Positions 42,701 to 52,200 of a stretch of 64,000 nucleotides of DNA are shown piece after piece. The DNA comes from a virus (taxonomy: Duplodnaviria; Caudoviricetes), in the IMG/VR virus record IMGVR_UViG_3300032237_000561, positions 1 to 64,000 of that record. One strand, written 5' to 3'. Numbering within the stretch: the first letter of the stretch is position 1; each line of letters starts with the position of its first letter. The position numbers and the translations under genes were made by a program. The notes under the pieces were generated by a model. The model worked only from the letters and a program-made list of their open reading frames with translations. It was not told the DNA's origin and made no database searches.

Positions 42701-44765
42701 CCCCGGCGCGTCGGGCACCGTCACCGTGTTCGCCCAGTTCTACAGCAGCACCGGTGCCGTGGCGTTGCAGACCTACTACGCCGACAAGGCGGTGACCCAG
42801 AACAACACCACCTGGGTCCAGGTGTCGGGCGGGTTCACGGTCCCCGCCGGGTACGACCGGGTCTCGTTCGGCTTCATGTTGAGGAACAACTACACCACCT
42901 CGGGTGCCAAGTTCTACGTCGATGACATGCTGGTCCGCGAGACCACCGCCGTCCAGAACGTCACTGATGCCACTGTCCAGGCCGTCGTCGGCGGCACCGG
43001 GACCGGCTACACCCCCGCCGACGTTACGACTGCGCTCGGCGGTGTCAACAACATGGCGCAGGGGTACACCCAGTCGGGCACCAACCTCCTGGCCGACCCG
43101 AAGATCGACTACCCGGCGTTCTGGGTCGGGTCGGCGACCGGGCTGACGACCAGCACCACCTACTACAACTCGTCGGCGCGGAGCCTGGAGCTGACCGCGA
43201 ACGGCAGCAGCATCAGCTTCGACTGGACGGTCAACAACAACCACGCCGTCGCCCCGGTGTCCGCCTACGCCGGACGAATCTTCTACGTCGAGTGCACCAC
43301 GTTCACCCCGACCTCCCAGACGGCGACGGTCGCCCTGCGCGCCCGTGGCTACAGCTTCAAGACCAGGGCCTACGGATCGGCCCTCACCGCGAAGACGTTC
43401 ACCGCAGCCGGGACGTGGTCGGCGGTGTCGACCCCCAACCCCTACACCGCTGGCACCACCGCCAACAACGGGTTGTGGACGAACAAACTGTACGGCTACT
43501 TCACGGTGCCGGTCGGGTACGACGGCTTCACCGCCGGGATCACGGTGACCTCCGCCTCGACCACGGCCAAGTTCTACTTTGACGACCTGGCCATCTACGA
43601 CGTGACCGAGTCGGTCAACACCAACGAAAGGCTGTACAATCGTCCGACCCCCGCTACGGCGATCATCACCGATGCGATCCCGACAGGCATCCCGGCGGCG
43701 AACGTCGCGGGCCTCACCGGAGTGGGAAGCATTTCCGCAACAGTCGACGGCCTCAACACCACGGTCAACACGGCAGGAACTGGCCTAGTCGCCAAAACGA
43801 GTGCCCTCGACAGCACGGTCAACACGGCAGGAACTGGCCTAGTCGCCAAAACGAGTGCCCTCGACAGCACGGTCAACACGGCGGGAACCGGGCTTAAAGC
43901 GGTCAGTGACGGCACCAACACGGCACTGTGGGGAACCACCACCAACGGCACCACGTTCCTCGCCTCCAAGCTGTCGACGTTGATCAGCAGCCTGTCTACC
44001 ATCAAGGCCGACGGCACCGATCCCATGTCGACCCTGCTGAACAACATAACCACGTCCCTGAGCAAGAACACCTACACCACGTCAACCGTCGCCGGTGTCA
44101 AGCTCGCCACCGACAAGGCAAGGACGGACGCGGACACCTCCGCTCTCAGGATCAACGCCACCAACACCCTGCTGTACGGGGCCGACGCTGGCGGCAACGG
44201 CGGCAAGATTCTGCTCACCGCCCTGCCCGACTCGTTGAGCACCGTGGGGTCGGGCGCGATCATCGCGAGGCAGAATCCTGGCTCCAACTACCCGATCAAC
44301 GCCACTGGTCAGACCACCCTGGCCTCGTTCTTCAACCAGCCGATCAGGGTGACCCCCGACATTACGATGCCGACAGGCTCCTATGGCGGGTACAACTGGT
44401 ACACGGCGGAGTTCATCGTGAGCAAGGCCGGGTGGTACGGCTGCGAGATTGGTTTGAGGCTGGCAAACCCCTACGCGGGCGGCAACTACAACTTCACGCC
44501 AATCATCTACAAGAAACCGAGCGGGGGCGTGTCCGCCGTCCACAGGTACGGAACCGAAATCATCGGATTGCAGACGGCGACAGGCACCAGGAAGGCCCGG
44601 TTCGCCAACTCAAGCTGGATACTGTACCTCGCTGCTGGTGATTCGGTGCAGGCGGGATACGATGCAGGTCTGATCGACGGCGACGGGACTCAGCGTCTCA
44701 ACTTCTTCACCCAGGACAACACCGGCAACGACAGCTACTTCGCCATCTCCCTGCTCAACCTGTAA
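39765..44765 (+). CDS. Central spike/adhesin: OB-like N-terminus, long amphipathic helical region, two carbohydrate-binding-like domains, C-terminal beta domain
   Basis: Follows the hub gene. P..GEQW.IER N-terminal motif; about 700 aa F/L/I-rich helices; NLISDP and NLLADP jelly-roll modules each ending FY.DD. Confidence 0.7.
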   Translation: MAYDTGFSRRSSSERDLQPVAIISVDPISRTAVAVTRTRHNLTINTAYATGDTITVPASGEQWYIERFDGEWRLYGRIPFNDETLNIKPEEGQVSVGSARGPLELNGPEVRFNSKVFRLNGVYYRDSGTALERSTDQVTWGAVSAATATTLAQDLAASLAGYQGTDETGALSALKDWSGLVQTIVDNFSEFWNVLCQNVFIGGLKDLGFGDTDLSKTVNGLQNFLNYLFGVVFCDFDGNLTPQTVLARLRDLLSPIISNPFITGLQGIATALGVNVGNLLNDVVAGLTGLIELVWNIVTCQWDQLDLTGLQAIIDIFTNGTGDFGPAAIINFLKTIFLDPIFSNLATGTLTPIIGTFLNGLKQVADLITGALTGQQFDSLLEGVVQGVQDFVQLIYDTVTEILGGSPLTRLPDIAAIIALITEGASAFSPANIVRSVTDFFTLFGSPTFINDGVDTGIPNPVGIFFTALGDFWQAIIGLIPGATDGGLFKNAINAVAEMFSILQSLIFVNPFDAESLDGFNAAVAKVEAAFASTLAAAGVPAQILNVLKTILNSLINNPLVKIAQEIFTYLGTGLTGTNLLGQIVDGSEQVFNLLMKIITDVLIPLDDTAWNTLLPFIPAAVWVNIRATALPDFGVNFLGGLGPLLKVIFEALETFLGLDPDNISNFFKNILVFFGDTVSHFFTLLFTDQTEAIKYFLVDVLGIAEDIGGGVLNFVSSFIGNAGDVLTDLLTKLLSVFGIDFDPRDENGDPVEFNAATALTAFVNKFLTTGLGGVIGTTVTELTRFFTRLKNLFGLADFFTSGTFDFAAAATGFINNVLYYAPTAAVSTLQGIIETATSLVYKLAQAVITAIRGIPFVGTGIADFLQTQLNNFVNFSRFGVRSGTNLISDPGGEIATFWTAVDSSNVRIQPNVEQNTNTAYRRSGSTSLTITSDGASPRWFFWNVNDLGVITPITTEPGEVFSASCWVLYPVTVSGVANPGASGTVTVFAQFYSSTGAVALQTYYADKAVTQNNTTWVQVSGGFTVPAGYDRVSFGFMLRNNYTTSGAKFYVDDMLVRETTAVQNVTDATVQAVVGGTGTGYTPADVTTALGGVNNMAQGYTQSGTNLLADPKIDYPAFWVGSATGLTTSTTYYNSSARSLELTANGSSISFDWTVNNNHAVAPVSAYAGRIFYVECTTFTPTSQTATVALRARGYSFKTRAYGSALTAKTFTAAGTWSAVSTPNPYTAGTTANNGLWTNKLYGYFTVPVGYDGFTAGITVTSASTTAKFYFDDLAIYDVTESVNTNERLYNRPTPATAIITDAIPTGIPAANVAGLTGVGSISATVDGLNTTVNTAGTGLVAKTSALDSTVNTAGTGLVAKTSALDSTVNTAGTGLKAVSDGTNTALWGTTTNGTTFLASKLSTLISSLSTIKADGTDPMSTLLNNITTSLSKNTYTTSTVAGVKLATDKARTDADTSALRINATNTLLYGADAGGNGGKILLTALPDSLSTVGSGAIIARQNPGSNYPINATGQTTLASFFNQPIRVTPDITMPTGSYGGYNWYTAEFIVSKAGWYGCEIGLRLANPYAGGNYNFTPIIYKKPSGGVSAVHRYGTEIIGLQTATGTRKARFANSSWILYLAAGDSVQAGYDAGLIDGDGTQRLNFFTQDNTGNDSYFAISLLNL
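43760..43882 (+). repeat. Perfect 54-bp tandem repeat (2.3 copies)
   Basis: cacggtcaacacggcaggaactggcctagtcgccaaaacgagtgccctcgacag at 43760 and 43814, partial at 43868; encodes TVNTAGTGLVAKTSALDS. Confidence 0.95.
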
Positions 44766-44797
44766 CCCGAAAACCCCGACCCGGAAAGGGAACACCA

Positions 44798-45031
44798 ATG
44801 GAATACACGATAGGTCACGTCAAGCGCAACACCACCACCGGTGAGGTCGCCGTCCGCACCCTGTTCCCCCTCGGCGAGAACATCCAGCAGCAGATGATGG
44901 AGTGGCTCTGCGCCGCCCCTAGCAGCGGCCCCCGCAGCACCTGGACGACCGAGGTCGAGGGGAGCGACTGGGAAGACCTGTACGTCCCGCCGCCCGCTGA
45001 ACCCACCCCCGCCCCCGAACCCACCCCCTAG
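44798..45031 (+). CDS. Small tail-associated protein
   Basis: GAAAGGG RBS; GHVKR..TGEVAVRT.F motif recalled from small genes following mycobacteriophage minor tail genes. Confidence 0.65.
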   Translation: MEYTIGHVKRNTTTGEVAVRTLFPLGENIQQQMMEWLCAAPSSGPRSTWTTEVEGSDWEDLYVPPPAEPTPAPEPTP

Positions 45032-45049
45032 CAGAAAGACACATCCATC

Positions 45050-45277
45050 ATGACGAAACATATCCGCATCGAGGTCAATGGCGCAGAGCTGGTCAACGGC
45101 GAGTTCTCCGAGATCAGCTTCACCGACGGCTCCAACGGGGTCAAGTTCGAGGCCAAGAATGGGCGCATCTCCGGCAACAGTGATGGTAATGGCCTACTCG
45201 ACCTGCTCACCAAGGCCAGCAAGGCCCGGACCGCCGATCCGGTCGTTGAGGTGGTCGGCGAGGCCATCGAAGCCTAG
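45050..45277 (+). CDS. Hypothetical protein (75 aa)
   Basis: GAAAG RBS and typical codon bias. Confidence 0.6.
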   Translation: MTKHIRIEVNGAELVNGEFSEISFTDGSNGVKFEAKNGRISGNSDGNGLLDLLTKASKARTADPVVEVVGEAIEA

Positions 45278-45283
45278 CCCGAC

Positions 45284-45327
45284 CCTGTGGTGGCCCTCCA
45301 CAGCGACCATAACTACTGAGGAGGGCC
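45284..45327 (+). promoter_or_regulatory. CCTGTG-N17-CCATAA motif with SD-sequestering hairpin
   Basis: ggccctcc-a-cag (45292-45303) pairs with ctg-a-ggagggcc (45316-45327). Confidence 0.65.
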
Positions 45328-45330
45328 GCG

Positions 45331-45780
45331 ATGAGCTACAGCCTGGCCATTGTCGATGGCGACCTGGCCCAGAGGGGTTCGCGGCTGGATGCCGTCTACG
45401 GTGTGGACAAGCTCAAGCAGGACATGTACTGCTGGCTCACCGAGAGGTACGGCGGGGACCGTTTCCATGTCAACATGGGGTCCATCCTTGAGGAATTCAT
45501 TGGCGGCATCGCCAAGGAGTCCACCCGCGTCGAGGTGCAGTCCGAAATCTTCCGGGTCCTCCAGAACTACCAGGCCATGCAGCTACGCCGATTCAAGGAA
45601 AACCCCGAGAAGATGTCGTCCAGCGAGCTGCTTCTCTCGGTCGAGGACATCGTCGCCAAGATGAACTACGACACCATCTGGGTGACGGTCAAGGTTCGCA
45701 ACGGCTCCAAAGAGTTCACCACCATCAAGATCACCAGCGGCCAGGGTGCCGGACAGATGATCAACCCGCCGAACCGATAA
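45331..45780 (+). CDS. Baseplate wedge/sheath initiator (gp25/GPW-like)
   Basis: GDL...G..KL.QD...L.E.YG.DRFH..MGS.L..FIG motif; precedes baseplate J. Confidence 0.8.
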   Translation: MSYSLAIVDGDLAQRGSRLDAVYGVDKLKQDMYCWLTERYGGDRFHVNMGSILEEFIGGIAKESTRVEVQSEIFRVLQNYQAMQLRRFKENPEKMSSSELLLSVEDIVAKMNYDTIWVTVKVRNGSKEFTTIKITSGQGAGQMINPPNR

Positions 45781-45798
45781 GTCCCGATAGGAGCCAAA

Positions 45799-47664
45799 GT
45801 GGCGAAGACTCCCGACGTTGTCGCTAAAGAAATCATCAACAAGCTGCAGGTCACCGCACCGGGCTTCTCGCTGGAACTGGGCACCCCCGAGCGCAAGATC
45901 GTCGATGCGGTCGCTGAGTCGATCTCGGAAGCCTATATCGACCAGTACCTCGTCGGCTCGCTCCTCGACATCGAGAGCAAGGCCGGACTGGAGCTGGAGC
46001 AGTTCTGCGGCATTTTCGGATTCGGTCGGCTCCAGGGAAAGAAGGCCACCGGGACCGTCCGGGTCGAGCTGAACACCGCCAATAGCCAGGACATCAACAT
46101 CGCTCTGGGCAGCCAGTTCTACACCCGGCAGTCTTTGCCGGGAGCGGGCAGCCCGATGTTCTTCTCGTCCACACAGGCGGTGATCATCCCGGCGGGTAGC
46201 TACCTCGTGGACGTGCCGGTCCAGTGCACCGTCCCCGGCACCACCGGCAACGTACCCCCCGACACCATCGTCTATGTCGGGGACATCCTCGGCTCCACCT
46301 CGGTGACCAACCTTCAGGCCCTGACCGGCGGCGTGGACACCGAGTCCGATGGCGAACTGCGTCAGAGGTTTAAGGACACCTTCCTGCGGTCGGTGGTGGG
46401 GACCGAGGACTGGTATCTGGGTCTGTGCTACCAGAACACAAACATCTCCAAAGCGGCCTGCTTCGGTCCGGTCAAGAAATACGCCACCCAGCTCGTCATC
46501 CCCGCTGATACCGGCAGCAACCCCACCCCGGTTTACATGGACCCCCTGATTGCCCAGGACATCAAGTACGCCTGGGACGGCAACCAGCATGTCACCGTGT
46601 ACAAGAATCTCGGTCAAGATAATGAGGTCTTCTACCGTCGCGGTGTGGACTACCTGTGGGTAGCCGGACCCACCCCGCGCCTGGCTCGAATCGTGAACGG
46701 CTCACTTGATGTCGGCGACCTGATCGACTTGGAGTTTGAGTACGCCACCCGGTCGAGCCGTAACGACCCCGCGAATGGGATCACCAACAAGGTCGATATT
46801 TTCGTCAACGGTTCGGTCCCCTACACCGTCACCGAGCGGACCAAAATATCCTCGACCACCCTGTCCGCCACCGCCACCGACCGCCTGTATCGGGGCAACT
46901 TCGTTCGGGTCGGTACCGATGGCCTGCCCGGTCAGAACTCCACCTTGACCGGATTTGAAAGCCACCGCTTCACCCGGCTCGGCTCGACCCCGGTGATCTC
47001 GTTCCCGTCGATCATCACCATCACCAGTATCGTCAACAGCACCCCTATCTCCGAGAATTATGTTCAAGGAATTGACTTTCACCTGATCCGATCCGCGCCG
47101 GAGAACAACGCCAACCCCACCACACTCCTGGCCGGTTCACCGTATGAGATCGCCGGAATCGAGTGGATGCCCGAAGGGCCAAGTATCGGCACCGCCGTCA
47201 CTTTGAGCTACATCTACAACCGGACCCCGGAAATGCTGCAGGCGGTCATCAAGACCAGCAAGCAGATCACCACCGACGTTCTGGTCCATCAGGCGGGATA
47301 CCAGTACCTCACAATCTGCCTTTCGGTGGAATACGACCGGGGATTCGGGGTGCAGCAGGTCAATAACGCAATACAGGACCGGCTGCGGTCCTATTTCTCC
47401 GGTCTGGGATTCGGTGCCTGGATCGAAATGAGCGACCTAACCCTCGCCGTGCATCAGGTGCTGGGAGTGGACAACGTCAAGATCACTAAATCAACCGACC
47501 CCGGAGTGGCCGAAACCAATAGCGAGAACTACGGGGTCAAGGTGTTCGGCGACAGCGCGGATGTTGTTGCGGCACAACACTATGACAACGAGGACTTCAA
47601 GCTGCGCGACAACCAGCTTCCTGTTTTCCTCGAAGCCATTATCCGCCGGATGGCGAACCGGTGA
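45799..47664 (+). CDS. Baseplate J-like wedge protein
   Basis: KKATGTV, VQC..PGTTGNV and TGGVDTESDGELRQR motifs. Confidence 0.9.
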   Translation: MAKTPDVVAKEIINKLQVTAPGFSLELGTPERKIVDAVAESISEAYIDQYLVGSLLDIESKAGLELEQFCGIFGFGRLQGKKATGTVRVELNTANSQDINIALGSQFYTRQSLPGAGSPMFFSSTQAVIIPAGSYLVDVPVQCTVPGTTGNVPPDTIVYVGDILGSTSVTNLQALTGGVDTESDGELRQRFKDTFLRSVVGTEDWYLGLCYQNTNISKAACFGPVKKYATQLVIPADTGSNPTPVYMDPLIAQDIKYAWDGNQHVTVYKNLGQDNEVFYRRGVDYLWVAGPTPRLARIVNGSLDVGDLIDLEFEYATRSSRNDPANGITNKVDIFVNGSVPYTVTERTKISSTTLSATATDRLYRGNFVRVGTDGLPGQNSTLTGFESHRFTRLGSTPVISFPSIITITSIVNSTPISENYVQGIDFHLIRSAPENNANPTTLLAGSPYEIAGIEWMPEGPSIGTAVTLSYIYNRTPEMLQAVIKTSKQITTDVLVHQAGYQYLTICLSVEYDRGFGVQQVNNAIQDRLRSYFSGLGFGAWIEMSDLTLAVHQVLGVDNVKITKSTDPGVAETNSENYGVKVFGDSADVVAAQHYDNEDFKLRDNQLPVFLEAIIRRMANR

Positions 47665-47676
47665 TCGGGGCGCAGT

Positions 47677-47799
47677 GTGGGCAGGCATCCGTTCAAACCC
47701 GACCCACACCATGCGGCGTATATCGGACTGATCCTGTCCTTGATCTCTTTCGGGGTATCGGTGGCCGCTCTGGGCGCAGCCGTATCTCTGGGCCGGTGA
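47677..47799 (+). CDS. Possible 40-aa membrane peptide
   Basis: GTG-start ORF MGRHPFKPDPHHAAYIGLILSLISFGVSVAALGAAVSLGR fills the intergenic gap; one hydrophobic helix; weak RBS. Confidence 0.4.
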   Translation: MGRHPFKPDPHHAAYIGLILSLISFGVSVAALGAAVSLGR

Positions 47800-47803
47800 T
47801 CTG

Positions 47804-49264
47804 ATGGCATCCCAGACCCCGTTCCCCTTGATGCCGCCGAAATCCACCGAGCTTCGGCTTGATCACTTTGATGAAAGGGTGTACCGGACCGACCAGGAAA
47901 CCCTGCTGTTCAAATTCGTCGATGCGATGTGCGGAGACGCGGGTGCGGGGACCCTCAAGAAGCAGATTTTCCTGCAACGGATATCCGGCGCGTTGGACAA
48001 CATCTACGGCTCAGATTTGGACTACATCTTCGGCAATATCCGTTTCCTGAGCCGGGCCGAATCCGAGTCGTACACCCACAACACGATGAGTTCCATGCTG
48101 GTCTCCGAACAGTGGGATGAGGTGTCCGCCAAGGACGCTCAGTACCGCAGCCGTATCCGCGAGTTCTTTACCGCTTGCGGACACGGCAACACCGCCGAAG
48201 GAATCCGTCAGGTGGTGCACGCCGCGACCAGCGCGGACTGTCAGGTCATCGAAAGCTGGAGGTACATCGACAACTTCGGCATCACTGAGTCCCTCGGGCG
48301 CGCTGACGGCCTGTCATATGCCGCCGTAGACCTTTCCACCGGGCACCGGGTCCTGTTCGACACCGAAAGTGCCGCAACGGATTTCATCACCGGAAAGAGC
48401 GACTGGCAAATTCAGGAGAACAAGGCCCGTTCCGAGGTCACCGTCGTCCCGCACAAAGAAGGGGGACTGACCGAAAAAGAAAACCGACTCCTGCTGCAGA
48501 TGCTCAACCGGATGCGTAATGTCGACACCGTCGTCACCATTGACCCGGACGGATTGAGTGTGCATTCCCCGGTCGGTATTCGCGCGGTCAGCTCCGACTC
48601 CACCTACTACCAGGTGGAGAAAGTCGTCACCGGTACCCCGGTCCTTGATCAGATGCCTGCACCGGAAATGTTGGCCATCGACCTGGACCCGACCGAGAGC
48701 TGGCTCAAGGCCAACTCGCCAGAGCTGGCCCCCTACGCCCAGTTCAACATCAGTCAGGAATACGGATATACCTACCTGATCTCCGGCGGCAAGCGGTCAC
48801 CCATCGACCAGGTCAGCTATGGGACCCTTCAGAAGGACGGTAGCGTCAAGAACGAAGCGGCCTTTGAGTGGTACGAGCAGACCGAGCAGTACGGGGCGTG
48901 GACGGCCTACGAGAAGGCCGACAGCCCCGACAACTACCCCGGTGGTCGTAACGGTCTGACACCTACCGCCGCACCGGCCCTGAACGCCGACCGTTCGGCT
49001 TACCGATTCGCTTACTCCAGCCAGGCCCAGTATGTGGCGCAGAAGCAGATCGAGATCAATAACCTTGGTGGGCAAGCCAACGATGTTCGTTACCGGATGC
49101 CCGCCCAGAAGACCAACACCTCGAAGCGGTCTTACACCCCGGACCTCGCCATCGCCTACACGGCCCCGGTCCGGGAGTCCACCGTGACCAGTAGTTGGAC
49201 GGCACAAAAGCCACGCACATTCCTTGCGGAGCTTCGCGACCCGTCGCCATTTGTGAAGGGATAG
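47804..49264 (+). CDS. Baseplate wedge protein (gpI-like), putative
   Basis: LDYIFG...D.QYRSRI...G.T.EGI motif; follows baseplate J. Confidence 0.7.
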   Translation: MASQTPFPLMPPKSTELRLDHFDERVYRTDQETLLFKFVDAMCGDAGAGTLKKQIFLQRISGALDNIYGSDLDYIFGNIRFLSRAESESYTHNTMSSMLVSEQWDEVSAKDAQYRSRIREFFTACGHGNTAEGIRQVVHAATSADCQVIESWRYIDNFGITESLGRADGLSYAAVDLSTGHRVLFDTESAATDFITGKSDWQIQENKARSEVTVVPHKEGGLTEKENRLLLQMLNRMRNVDTVVTIDPDGLSVHSPVGIRAVSSDSTYYQVEKVVTGTPVLDQMPAPEMLAIDLDPTESWLKANSPELAPYAQFNISQEYGYTYLISGGKRSPIDQVSYGTLQKDGSVKNEAAFEWYEQTEQYGAWTAYEKADSPDNYPGGRNGLTPTAAPALNADRSAYRFAYSSQAQYVAQKQIEINNLGGQANDVRYRMPAQKTNTSKRSYTPDLAIAYTAPVRESTVTSSWTAQKPRTFLAELRDPSPFVKG

Positions 49265-49268
49265 CCCA

Positions 49269-52200
49269 GTGGCTAACAACACCAGTTTCTATTACGACTT
49301 CAACCACTCACTGCCCCTGGTGCAGATGATCTTGAAGTTGCTCGGCAAGAGTGACGACCCCAATCAGGCGCAGATGACCGCCGACACCAACCGTGAATGG
49401 TTTTCACAACCGCGTCCGGGAAAGTCACCCGAAACTGAGTGTGTCACAGTCGCTTTCCGCATCCCGCTCTCGGTCTCAGAGATTTCCACCGAGGTCCTTC
49501 GGATGCCGTGCAATGCCGAGCTGTGGTACCAGGACCGATCCAACAACTGGCGACCTATTCTGGACATGCAGCGTTTCCCGCTCAAGGCGCGGATAAACCG
49601 ATCCGATACCAAGAGCTGGTTCAAGTGGTCCAACAAGTGCTACCCGATTGTGGCCAAGAAGGTTCAGGTACGACTGACCCGCTATTACGATGCGGTCCTT
49701 GACACCACCGAATTCCCGGTCGGCCTGCGTAACACCTTGATTCGAAGAAATGTCTACGACCGCAGTCAGGGCGGTTTCTTCGAGGACGAGATGGACGTGA
49801 TGGGCAATGTGGTGTCCAAGTACGTCCGGGACTGGGACGCGACCAAAGCTGTCGACGACAATTACACCTCGTTCTGGAAGTCCGCCCCCCAGCCCGACCC
49901 GTCGGCGGTAGTCTCGCTGTATCTGGATGTACGCGCCGAGGACGGCAGTCCTCAGGTTATCGACAAGGTCTACATCGACCCCGTTTACGCCAACCAACAT
50001 CTCAATCTGTACTACAGCTCCGATTCCGCTATCGGAACCCGTTCCCTGTCGCCGATCACCCTGCCTCCGGCGGTAGGGACAGAAGCTGAACCCACCGTGC
50101 TCAACGCCGAATGGCGTTACGGTCGCGGACTGACCGACACGGCCACAGGAGTCGGCGACTCCTACTACACCTGGCCGCTGAACGTCGGTCCACAGAACAA
50201 CAAGGATGCCTGGATCGGCGTGGAGTGGAGACCCAACTTCTCCACCGCACCCGACCCCAACCTGGCCCACAATCCGATCCTGTTCGCTGCCGGTGAGCCG
50301 ACCAGCACGACGGCCAAACCATGCCTGTCCTACGACCCGGCCAACCGCACCTTCGCCTTGGATTTCTTCGGCAAGGATGTCGAAGGAAACGTCTTCGCCG
50401 TAGGCGATTCCTATGTCACTTCCGAGATCAGCCAGGAATGGGAAGCCGGTGACTCGATCAAGATCGTCGCCGGGTGGCGCACGGTTTCTAAAATCTGGAG
50501 CGTCTGGATCAAGGTGGTCGATGCCCGTGGCCGGACCATCGCCTCCCTCGACCAACAAGACATCGACCTACCAGACTTGGTCAGCTTCGACGGGACCGCC
50601 AAGGTGGCCGACTTCCGGGGCAGCCTGGCCAACCTGGTGATCAAGATAGAGAGCCACACCGACTCCTCGGAGTCCTTTCTGGCCAACCCGGAAATCTATT
50701 GCGAACCCGACCCGGTTCTGCCCAACGACTCCGGCAAGTATCCGGCCACGACCCTCGACAACGCCATCTATGTGGCCCCCTGGTTGGGCCGAGAGCACGG
50801 CTCGGGTGGTTCGTCGCCGTCGCACTTCGAGGACAAGACGTGGACCCCGATCTGGCGCGACTACATCGCCATCAAGGGCATGCTGCATCTGCCGCAGCCG
50901 ATCTCGATGCAGTACCTCAAGCTGGAGTTCACCAACCTCACCGAGCAGCCGTACCCGATCTACGAGTCCGGCATCGACGTGAAGTACAAGATTTTCCCGG
51001 TCTCGGTAACTCAAACCTCCTCCCTCGGACCCCGGCTCTACACCGGCGAGGGTGGATTCCTGGGACTGGGCACCTTCGTCTCGGCCAACGGGGTCAAGTC
51101 GGTCAACTGGCTGGACCCCAACTCGGTGATGCAGGCTATCGGGGCGGTCACCACCATCCAGACCCCGCCGGTGGTGATCAACACCGGCAACCCCTATCTG
51201 AGCGACACCTTGCCCAACCAGGGGGTGGCAGAGGTTGAGAATTCCCGGCGAATCGAAGCGGCCTCCAGCTACGTCTACTCCCGTGACGTAATCCAGCCCT
51301 ACGTGATGGCCCAGGACCGGTACAACACAATCATTCGGGCCGAAGGACTCCAGGCGATCCAGCCCTATGTCGACGTGCCGTGGACCGAGATTGAAGCCGC
51401 CAACCCCAACACGATCACTAAAGTGAAGTCGACCGGCACCATGCCGATCCGGGGCACAGATTGGTGGATTTATCCCGGCCAGCAGCTCAAGGTTCCGGCT
51501 TCGGTGATGCGTAAACTCACCGACACCCAGACCGTGACCGAACGTAAGTTCACCCTGGAGCGTCGGGTCCGGTTCAACACCACCAGCGTCCACCGCTATG
51601 AGTGGCGGACCGTCAAGCGCGATGCGGCCATCGCCTACTTCGCCGGTCTCCGCGAGGTGCAGCCCTACACCTCAACCTACATCTCCGGCGAGGACACCCC
51701 GGTCTACAAGTTCCCCAGCTACACCGATCAGCACTGGGTGCTCACCAACGCCAAGCGTTTTTCTGAAGAAGTCACCGACAGCGACGGCACCCATAAGGTC
51801 GATTACAGCCCGATCACTGCCGCCCTCCCGGCGGTCTTCGGAGTGATCAGCTCCAAGGAACTAATCAGCCAATCCGACTTCTCCAAGGTGGCTCTGGATT
51901 TTCAGGATTCCGGTCTGGCCAAGTCCAACCCGATGTGGGTCGACATCGACGAGAACACCGCCAGCATCGACGACACCGAACTGTCGCCCTACTTCGGGGT
52001 GATCCCGGAGAACATCTCCAAGTCCAGCTGGAACGATGCCATTGCCGCCTGGGGTGTCCCCAACTCGACCAGCGGGCTATCCGTCGACCCGAAATTTGAT
52101 ACCGAGTGGGGTGCCCCCTACGGTCTGGTGAGCATCAACGTCGACAATGACCGACGGTACCTGGGCAAGCGGGTAATTCACTTCACCCGCGCCGCCGGGG

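Noticed and set aside
43760-44765. Diversity-generating retroelement target in the adhesin C-terminus
   Set aside because: No reverse transcriptase gene and no template/variable repeat pair differing at adenines; the 54-bp repeat is a simple tandem duplication.
28630-49264. Bacterial contractile injection system (eCIS, T6SS or tailocin)
   Set aside because: Capsid, prohead protease and neck genes are present in the same operon, so this is a phage virion module.
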